The notes under the pieces were generated by a model, which did no database searches, was not told the origin of the DNA, and saw nothing but the letters and a program-made list of their open reading frames with translations. A stretch of DNA of 34,115 nucleotides, taken from sequence record SRR16203515_4127. One strand, given 5' to 3'. The position numbers and the translations under genes are program-made. Positions 27,588-34,115 of the stretch are shown here, one piece after another. Each line of letters opens with the position of its first letter. The first letter of the stretch is position 1.

Positions 27588-29132
27588 TTGCTAAATATAA
27601 AAGATACTTTTATAGGGAATAGCGCAAAAAGTGATATGTTATCAGGAATAGTAGTTGCTATTGCTCTTGTTCCAGAAGCTATTGCATTTTCAATTATTGC
27701 TGGTGTTTCTCCTCTAGTTGGATTATACACTGCATTTATTTTAGGATTAATCACTGCATTAATTGGTGGTAAAGCAGGAATGATTAGTGGTGCTACTGGT
27801 GCCGTTGCAGTTGTATTAGTTGCATTAGGAATTAAAGTTAAGGAATCAATTTCTCCTGAAGTTTTAGCTCAATTAACACAGAATGGAGAATTATCAAATT
27901 ATATTCTTCAATATATTTTACTTGCAACAATAATCGCAGGTATTTTACAAGTTACTATTGGTGTTTTAAAACTAGGAAAATTAATTAGACTTGTTCCTCA
28001 ACCTGCAATGTATGGTTTCGTAAATGGTCTTGCTATTGTAATTGCAATGGCTCAATTTCCATTATTTGAGGGTGAAAGCTGGATTATGTATGCACTAGTT
28101 GCTGCAACTATGATTTTAGTTAAATTCTTCCCAAGAGTTTCAAATGCAGTTCCATCTGGATTAGTTGCTATTGTTGTAATTTCTGCTGTTGTTATTGGTA
28201 TGGATTTAGATACAAAAAGAGTTGGGGACTTAGCTGACATTTCAGGAAATTTACCTACTTTTGCATTACCAACATTACATGTAAATTTTGAATCTGTATT
28301 AATGGTTTTACCAACAGCTGTATTAGTTGCATTAGTTGGATTAATTGAATCATTATTAACTCTATCTGTTTTAGATGAAATGGGTGGAAAAAGAGGTAGT
28401 GGAAACCAAGAGTGTATAGCTCAAGGTGCTGGAAATATTACTTGTGGATTCTTTGGTGGTATGGCTGGATGTGCTATGATTGGGCAATCAATTATTAACT
28501 TCTCAAACGGTGGTTGGGGTAGATTATCTGCACTAAGTGCTGCACTATTATTAATCTCATTTGTTGTTGCTTTATCTGAATATATTGCAATGATTCCAGT
28601 TGCTGTATTAGTTGGGATTATGTTTATGGTTTCAATTGGAACATTTGAATGGGAAAGTGGTAATAGATTTAGATTTATGCCTAACTCTGATAAATTCGTA
28701 TTAGTAGCAGTTACAGTAATTACAATTTTTGCTGACCTTGCAATTGCTGTTATTACAGGTATTATTATTTCTGCATTAGTATTTGCTTGGAATCACTCAA
28801 AAGTTAGATCAAGAACTTATAGAGAAAATGAAGACACTAAAATTTATGAATTTGATGGTCCATTATTCTTTGGTTCAACAACTTCATTCTTCGAATTATT
28901 TGATCTTAAACATGATCCAGAAATCGTTGTTTTAGATTTCAAAGAAGCAAGAGTTATGGATATTTCTGGAGTAGAAGCTATTGATACTATTACTAAGAAA
29001 TATGCAGATGCGGGTAAAAAACTTACAATTAGACACTTAAGTGAAGATTGTAAAAAAATACTAAAAAATGCTGGTCCATTTTGTACTTATGAAGAAAATG
29101 ACCCTAACTACAAAGTAGCTGTAAACTACTAA
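27588..29132 (+). CDS. SulP/SLC26 anion transporter with STAS domain, YbaR-like clade
   Basis: ALVPEAIAF, GMISGATGA, GMAGCAMIGQS; STAS GPLFFG and MDISG; TTG start with AAGG RBS. Confidence 0.92.
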   Translation: MLNIKDTFIGNSAKSDMLSGIVVAIALVPEAIAFSIIAGVSPLVGLYTAFILGLITALIGGKAGMISGATGAVAVVLVALGIKVKESISPEVLAQLTQNGELSNYILQYILLATIIAGILQVTIGVLKLGKLIRLVPQPAMYGFVNGLAIVIAMAQFPLFEGESWIMYALVAATMILVKFFPRVSNAVPSGLVAIVVISAVVIGMDLDTKRVGDLADISGNLPTFALPTLHVNFESVLMVLPTAVLVALVGLIESLLTLSVLDEMGGKRGSGNQECIAQGAGNITCGFFGGMAGCAMIGQSIINFSNGGWGRLSALSAALLLISFVVALSEYIAMIPVAVLVGIMFMVSIGTFEWESGNRFRFMPNSDKFVLVAVTVITIFADLAIAVITGIIISALVFAWNHSKVRSRTYRENEDTKIYEFDGPLFFGSTTSFFELFDLKHDPEIVVLDFKEARVMDISGVEAIDTITKKYADAGKKLTIRHLSEDCKKILKNAGPFCTYEENDPNYKVAVNY

Positions 29133-29141
29133 TCTCATCTT

Positions 29142-29179
29142 GAAGTTTGGCTTTTATTAGTCAAACTTCCTTTTATTTA
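29142..29179 (+). terminator. Intrinsic terminator after the SulP gene
   Basis: GAAGTTTGGC-TTTTATTA-GTCAAACTTC stem (one G:U) followed by CTTTTATTT. Confidence 0.7.
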
Positions 29180-29195
29180 CAAAATCTGTATTTTT

Positions 29196-29204
29196 TGCTA
29201 AACT
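29196..29204 (+). promoter_or_regulatory. Extended -10 promoter candidate for the SprA-related operon
   Basis: TGCTAAACT about 30 bp before the ATG; GAGG RBS follows. Confidence 0.45.
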
Positions 29205-29233
29205 TTATATTAAGAATATTTTGAGGTTGATTT

Positions 29234-29752
29234 ATGCAGCTAGCTAATGACTATTTATCAGTATCATCAATATATCAACAAATAGCAACAAAAAAATCTG
29301 AACTTGCGGCTATTGACAAAAAAGAAGAAGAGCAATCTCTTTTTGAAAAAAAAGATACTATTTCTTTAAGTAATGATATTGGTGGTAAAAATTATGATGA
29401 AAACGATTATACAAGAGTATTAGAAAAATTTAAAACTCTTGATGCCCAAACAAAAGCTCATGAACAACAACACGCTGCTGCCGGTGATACAAAAGGCGCA
29501 ATCTCATATAACTATCAAACAGGACCTGATGGCAAACTATATGCTACAGGTGGACATGTAAGATTAGATACTTCAATTCCACAAGATGAAGAAGCAGCCT
29601 TAGCAAAACTGGACAAATTAGCAAACGCAGCAGGTGCTCCAAGTGAATTAAGCGGTGCTGATGCTGCAATAGCAAGAGCAGCTAATTTGAATAAAATGCT
29701 TATCCTAAATAAACAAGAGGAAGGAGAAGATTATGCAAATAACAAACAATAA
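29234..29752 (+). CDS. SprA-related family protein (putative metalloprotease, HExxH)
   Basis: KAHEQQH, YQTGPDGKLYATGGHV.LD, APSELSGAD.AIA motifs. Confidence 0.8.
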   Translation: MQLANDYLSVSSIYQQIATKKSELAAIDKKEEEQSLFEKKDTISLSNDIGGKNYDENDYTRVLEKFKTLDAQTKAHEQQHAAAGDTKGAISYNYQTGPDGKLYATGGHVRLDTSIPQDEEAALAKLDKLANAAGAPSELSGADAAIARAANLNKMLILNKQEEGEDYANNKQ

Positions 29753-29975
29753 CCTAGGTGGTATGGTTGCAGCTCAAATGCAAGTCAACGAAATGGCTAG
29801 TAATTTGGCAGAAGTTGCAAATATTACAGGTGATCCTCAAACACAAGAAGTAACTCAAGATTTTATAAACTCAATTGTGGGGCAAATTCCTCAAGTAATT
29901 GCCTATGAAGCAAATGCACAAGGGATTATTACTCAACAAGCAGTTACAGATACACTATTAAACATAAAGGCTTAA
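29733..29975 (+). CDS. Small protein with flagellar basal-body rod/hook C-terminal-like motif
   Basis: YEANAQGI.TQQAVTDTLLNIKA resembles rod/hook C-termini; N-terminal GMVAAQ...ASNLA; AAGGAG RBS. Confidence 0.7.
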   Translation: MQITNNNLGGMVAAQMQVNEMASNLAEVANITGDPQTQEVTQDFINSIVGQIPQVIAYEANAQGIITQQAVTDTLLNIKA

Positions 29976-29979
29976 ATTA

Positions 29980-30411
29980 ATGACTAAAGTAAATGTGGTT
30001 TGTCCATCATGCTTAAAAATAAATGCAATTCCAAAAAAAGATTCTTATGCAAAAGCAAATTGTGGTTCATGTAAGAACTCTTTATTAGAAACACATCCAA
30101 TAGAACTAGATGAATCAAATTTTGATCATGTTGTTGTAAACTCAGATATTCCAGTAATAGTTGATTTCTGGGCACCTTGGTGTGGTCCATGTAAAATGAT
30201 GGCTCCAATTTTTAATGAAGTAGCTCAAAAGTATCCATTAAAAGCGTTATTTGTAAAAGTTAATACAGAGAAACATCAAAACTTAGGGGCTAAATTTAAT
30301 ATTAGATCTATTCCCACTCTTGTAGTATATAAAGCAGGAGAAGAGATAAAAAGAGTTAGTGGAGCACTTGATCCATTAAAATTATCTAATCTTGTAAATG
30401 AGAATTTATAA
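29980..30411 (+). CDS. trxC: Thioredoxin 2 with N-terminal zinc finger
   Basis: CPSC...CGSC plus DFWAPWCGPC. Confidence 0.93.
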   Translation: MTKVNVVCPSCLKINAIPKKDSYAKANCGSCKNSLLETHPIELDESNFDHVVVNSDIPVIVDFWAPWCGPCKMMAPIFNEVAQKYPLKALFVKVNTEKHQNLGAKFNIRSIPTLVVYKAGEEIKRVSGALDPLKLSNLVNENL

Positions 30412-30432
30412 GATATTTTATATTTATAAAAA

Positions 30433-30927
30433 CTAAGAATTAGTTTTTATAAATTTCTTTAACTCATTTAATTGAGTTTCATTAAAAATAACGATTCCAT
30501 TCTCTTCTAATAATTTAGCGCTTAGACCTTGTCCATCTACTAAAGATTCAGAGAAACTTCCATCATAAATTTTAATATTTCCACACGAAGGTGATTTTGA
30601 TTTCATTAGAGCTACTTTAATACCTTCTTTAACACATAAGTCCAAAGTATTTTTTGCACCAATTAAAAAAGGGATAGTAACATCTTCTTGCTCTTTTGTT
30701 AAAACCTTAAAAGGTTTATTTGCACTTACAATTTCCGCAGCAGGTCTAGGTGTACTTAAACCACCTGAAACCTCTGGACAGAATGAATAAATTTCATTAT
30801 CACAAAGAATATCCATAAATAATTCTTTCTGAGAAAAAGTAAATTTTGCACCCATAGCAATAGATGAATTACCTCCATCATATCTCACATCTTCACCTAA
30901 TAAACAAGATGAGATTAATAACTTCAT
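30433..30927 (-). CDS. DUF523 / 2-thiouracil desulfidase (TudS-like) family protein
   Basis: ISSCLLG..VRYDG, CPEVSGGLSTPR, KSKSPSCG. Confidence 0.88.
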   Translation of the reverse strand: MKLLISSCLLGEDVRYDGGNSSIAMGAKFTFSQKELFMDILCDNEIYSFCPEVSGGLSTPRPAAEIVSANKPFKVLTKEQEDVTIPFLIGAKNTLDLCVKEGIKVALMKSKSPSCGNIKIYDGSFSESLVDGQGLSAKLLEENGIVIFNETQLNELKKFIKTNS

Positions 30928-30930
30928 GTA

Positions 30931-31698
30931 TTAATCTTCTTTTGAATAATCTAAGTCTTCTTTATTAAAGAATGTAGATGTTTGAATATTTGAGAATGCT
31001 GCTTTCATTGAAACAAAAATTTGAGGATTATCTTCTTCTAATTTTGCTAATAAATCTTTTGATTTAGCTCTTGCATAAGGCATTTTAACATCAAATCTAA
31101 GTCCTGGACATGCTTCATCTCCAATTACATTGATTTCATTTTTATCAGCAAATGCTCTTAATTGTCTTTCTCTACAGAAAATTAATGGTCTAATTACTTC
31201 AAGTCCATTTTCTGCTTTATAAATTGGAGGCATTGATCTCATAGTTCCATTGTAGAAGAAGTTCATAAAGAATGATTCCATAGCATCATCTAAGTGATGT
31301 CCTAAAGCTACTTTGTTATAACCTTGTTCTAATGCAGTTGAATAAATGTACCCTCTTCTCATTCTTGAGAAAAATGAACAGAAAGATGAATTTTTTCTGA
31401 TTTTTTCACCAGCTAATTCAAAAATTTCAGTATCAACGATTTCATGCTCAATACCATGTTCTTTACAATGGTCAGCTAAAAATTGTACTTGCTCACCCAT
31501 TCCATAAGTTACTGTTACAGCTTTGAATTCAAAATCAAATGGTGCAACTCTTTTCATATGATTTAAAGAGTGTAATAATGTAAGAGAGTCTTTCCCTCCT
31601 GAGAATCCAACTAATACTTTGTCGCCTTCTTTTACAAGACCGTATTCTGCGTTAGTTTTTCCCACTAATTTAGATATTTTTTTACTTAGTTCAATCAA
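30931..31698 (-). CDS. TtcA-family PP-loop ATPase (tRNA 2-thiocytidine biosynthesis-like)
   Basis: SGGKDS, CSFFSRMRRG, LGHHLDD, IRPL. I moved the start to TTG 31698, which has an AGGA RBS. Confidence 0.85.
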   Translation of the reverse strand: MIELSKKISKLVGKTNAEYGLVKEGDKVLVGFSGGKDSLTLLHSLNHMKRVAPFDFEFKAVTVTYGMGEQVQFLADHCKEHGIEHEIVDTEIFELAGEKIRKNSSFCSFFSRMRRGYIYSTALEQGYNKVALGHHLDDAMESFFMNFFYNGTMRSMPPIYKAENGLEVIRPLIFCRERQLRAFADKNEINVIGDEACPGLRFDVKMPYARAKSKDLLAKLEEDNPQIFVSMKAAFSNIQTSTFFNKEDLDYSKED

Positions 31699-31757
31699 GA
31701 TATAAATCCTATTTAAATTTTTTTGCAATTATATCTAAAAAGTACTCAAGATTTCAC

Positions 31758-31792
31758 TTTTTACTAATAAAAAATTCTTTGATTAGTAAAAA
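31758..31792. repeat. Operator-like inverted repeat in the divergent intergenic region
   Basis: TTTTTACTAAT-N13-ATTAGTAAAAA; another TTTTTACTAA copy at 31891-31900. Confidence 0.45.
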
Positions 31793-31956
31793 TGTTTATT
31801 ATTCACCTAAATCAATCCAATTAACTTAATAAAAATAGCCTTTTTTCTTAAGGAACAAAGAATAATAGATTTTATGTAATTTATTGTAATTTTTTACTAA
31901 GATTTTAGATAAAAACTATATAATTTCATACTAATCTCAACTACAAAGAAATAATA

Positions 31957-32154
31957 ATGACAACAGAAGAACAAGAAATCTTTAAAGAAAAAATCGCAGA
32001 AACAATTTTGCCTATGGCAGTTAATATGACAGAAGATCAAATCAGAAATATTATTATTACAGTTGAGAATGAAAATCCTGAATTACCTGTAGGTTTTGCA
32101 GATATGTTATTTCAACAAATCATGGTTTACAAATACAATTCTAACCAAATGTAA
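31957..32154 (+). CDS. Small acidic hypothetical protein (65 aa)
   Basis: ATG ORF with plausible codon usage; TATAAT at 31919-31924 upstream. Confidence 0.7.
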   Translation: MTTEEQEIFKEKIAETILPMAVNMTEDQIRNIIITVENENPELPVGFADMLFQQIMVYKYNSNQM

Positions 32155-32254
32155 AAAACTTAAAATTTTATGTTTCAGTTGGTTATATCGATATTAAATA
32201 TTTAAATTTATTCTAAATTCATCTAATATTTAGCAAGTTTTAATGCATTATCGT

Positions 32255-32260
32255 TATAAT
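32255..32260 (+). promoter_or_regulatory. Sigma70 -10 box for the small HTH gene
   Basis: TATAAT about 20 bp upstream of the AAGG RBS at 32281-32284. Confidence 0.55.
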
Positions 32261-32291
32261 TCCCGCCCAAAAAATTTTAAAAGGCTTTCAA

Positions 32292-32609
32292 ATCAGAATC
32301 ACAGTAACGGTAAAAGATTTAAAAATATTACAAGAACTTTGTAAAGATCATGGACAAGCTGAATTATATAAAAAACTTCATATTGAAGAAGATAAATATC
32401 AAAAAAGTTTGACTGAGAAAAAAAGTAAAGCAACTAAAAAAGCTACTAAAACTAGACAAGAAGTTGCAAAGAAAAAAATTGAAGCATCTGTAAATATGAT
32501 GAGAATGTTTAATCAAAAAATCACTGTTTATTCAGTAGCTAAAGAAGCACAAGTAAGTTATAATACTGCGTTAAAATACAAAGAATTTATTACACAAAAT
32601 GCAAAATAA
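32292..32609 (+). CDS. Small basic protein with a C-terminal helix-turn-helix-like motif (about 105 aa; proposed ATC start)
   Basis: Frame is open 39 codons upstream of the ORF-track TTG (32409): (M)RITVTVKDLKILQELCKDHGQAELYKKLHIEEDKYQKS. RBS and -10 box point to ATC 32292. ITVYSVAKEAQVSYNTALKY is HTH-like. Confidence 0.7.
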   Translation: MRITVTVKDLKILQELCKDHGQAELYKKLHIEEDKYQKSLTEKKSKATKKATKTRQEVAKKKIEASVNMMRMFNQKITVYSVAKEAQVSYNTALKYKEFITQNAK

Positions 32610-32725
32610 CTAGAAATATTTTATATCTTCTAGTGCTTTGCTAAACTACATATCTACTCACACACAAATTAAGTAACAATTATTTATTTTTTGGTAATAT
32701 TTCATTTACTATTTAGGAGAATGAA

Positions 32726-33946
32726 ATGAGAGAATTTATAAATTATGATAAGTCACTAGAGATACTAAACAATATTAATCTATCAAAACCTACTACTCAA
32801 AAAGAGTTCTTAATCAATGCTATTGGAAGTGTTATTGCAAATGATATTGTTGCAGATCACAATAGTCCAGAATTTCCAACATCTGGAATGGATGGATATG
32901 CAATTAAGCATGAAGATCAAAAGAATAAAACAATAAAAATTATTGATAAAAATCCTGCTGGAACTGTTGTTGAATCAATTGTTGAAACTGGTGTTTGTAT
33001 TAAAACATTTACAGGTTCATTAATGCCACAAGGAAGTGATACTTTAATACCTATTGAGAATGTAGAAGTTAATGGTGATGAAATTACAATTATAAAAGAA
33101 GTACCTTTTGGATTTGCTACTAGAGCTATTGGTGAAAACTATGCTAAAGATGAAGTTCTTATTAAAAAAGGAACTGTAGTTGGTTTTGCTGAAGTTGGAG
33201 TATTAGCTTCTTTAAATATTGTTCAAATACCTGTTATTGTTAATCCTACAGTTGCAATTGCTAGTACTGGAAATGAAATCCTTGATTTAGGTGAAGTACA
33301 AACTAATGATGCACAAATTAGAAGCTCAAACCATTTAACTATTGAAGCTTTATGTAAAAAAGCTGGTGCTAATACATTACAAATGGGTATTGTTGAAGAT
33401 GATATTGACTCTATTACAAACTTACTAGAAACAGCTTTAGATAAATCTGATGTTGTAATTACAACTGGTGGAGTATCTGTTGGTGATTATGATTTTGTAC
33501 AAGATGTAATAAAAGATAAATTAAAAGCAGAAGTTTTATTCCATGGGGTTACTATTAAACCAGGAATGCATTTATTAGCAGCAGTTAAAGACGGTAAGAT
33601 AATTATTGCATTACCAGGATTTGCTTATTCATCAACTGTATGTGCAATCTTATATGTATTACCACTAATTTATAGATTCAGAAATTCAAATGAAAAATTA
33701 CCAATTGTAAAAGCTAGAATCTCTCAAGATTTCCCAAGAAGAATGCCAAAAACAATATTTACAGCTTGTAATGTAGAATATACAAATAATGAGTATCAAG
33801 TAAACTTTGATGGTAAGAAAAAAGGAACAAGTGCAATCTTAACAAATATGTTAGAAAGTCCTGCTCTTTTAATTCAAAAAGATGATAGTGAAGATATCAA
33901 AAAAGATGACTTTGTAGATATCTTATTATTAAACGATTTAAAATAA
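32726..33946 (+). CDS. moeA: Molybdopterin molybdotransferase
   Basis: SGMDGYA, FTGS.MP.G.D, STGNE, TTGGVSVGDYD, IKPG, LPG. Confidence 0.96.
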   Translation: MREFINYDKSLEILNNINLSKPTTQKEFLINAIGSVIANDIVADHNSPEFPTSGMDGYAIKHEDQKNKTIKIIDKNPAGTVVESIVETGVCIKTFTGSLMPQGSDTLIPIENVEVNGDEITIIKEVPFGFATRAIGENYAKDEVLIKKGTVVGFAEVGVLASLNIVQIPVIVNPTVAIASTGNEILDLGEVQTNDAQIRSSNHLTIEALCKKAGANTLQMGIVEDDIDSITNLLETALDKSDVVITTGGVSVGDYDFVQDVIKDKLKAEVLFHGVTIKPGMHLLAAVKDGKIIIALPGFAYSSTVCAILYVLPLIYRFRNSNEKLPIVKARISQDFPRRMPKTIFTACNVEYTNNEYQVNFDGKKKGTSAILTNMLESPALLIQKDDSEDIKKDDFVDILLLNDLK

Positions 33947-33952
33947 TATTAA

Positions 33953-33978
33953 AGAAGAAACATTAAAATGTTTCTTCT
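33953..33978. terminator. Bidirectional terminator-like hairpin between moeA and the convergent GGDEF gene
   Basis: AGAAGAAACATT-AA-AATGTTTCTTCT perfect 12-bp inverted repeat. Confidence 0.65.
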
Positions 33979-34115
33979 CTTTCTTTACAAATAATAGCAG
34001 TATTTCTACCTTGGTTTTTAGCTTTATACAAAGCTTTGTCTGCTAATTGATATATCTCTTTTTGAGATAGTGTTGATGTACTTTCAACTACTTTTACACC
34101 AATAGAAATTGTCAA
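33963..34115 (-). CDS. 3' end of a GGDEF-domain protein truncated by the window edge
   Basis: Minus-strand translation LTISIGV...LADKALYKAKNQGRN...EETF*. Confidence 0.88.
   Translation of the reverse strand: MTISIGVKVVESTSTLSQKEIYQLADKALYKAKNQGRNTAIICKEREETF

Noticed and set aside
25342-30208. Short ORFs 25342-25575, 26322-26516, 27425-27622, 27548-27754, 28052-28240 and 29984-30208
   Set aside because: Overlap or oppose well-supported genes; no RBS or motif
1-34115. CRISPR array, tRNA, rRNA, IS element or defence island
   Set aside because: No repeat-spacer periodicity, cloverleaf, transposase or defence-type domain seen; intergenic gaps are short and content is core

Overview
AT-rich chromosomal core region of a Campylobacterota bacterium, most like the Arcobacteraceae (inferred from the purD-RDD-lptD-PRT-pnp and ilvI-ilvH-lpxD gene orders, the XerH-type recombinase and the CheD-containing che cluster). 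It probably lies at the replication terminus. A single XerH-type tyrosine recombinase has a difH-like site 23 bp upstream, and ftsK is about 18 kb away. Other contents: a cheY-A-R-D-B operon, pnp, lptD, purD with the upstream 6S (purD-motif) RNA, hemD, two unrelated SulP transporters, der, hpf, lpxD, ilvIH, a FlaC-like short flagellin, Ppx/GppA, a pssA-like gene, two GGDEF genes (one partial), a SprA-related/rod-C-terminal/TrxC operon, a TtcA-like/DUF523 pair and moeA. I saw no mobile element, CRISPR array, tRNA or rRNA. The most interesting observations are: (1) ftsK and a small HTH gene appear to start at non-canonical ATA/ATC codons behind a nearly identical 14-nt leader; (2) the difH-like site overlaps the xerH promoter region; (3) CheA has four acidic GFFDD-like repeats where a P2 domain would be; (4) a TtcA-like protein with reduced Cys motifs is coupled to a TudS-like desulfidase.
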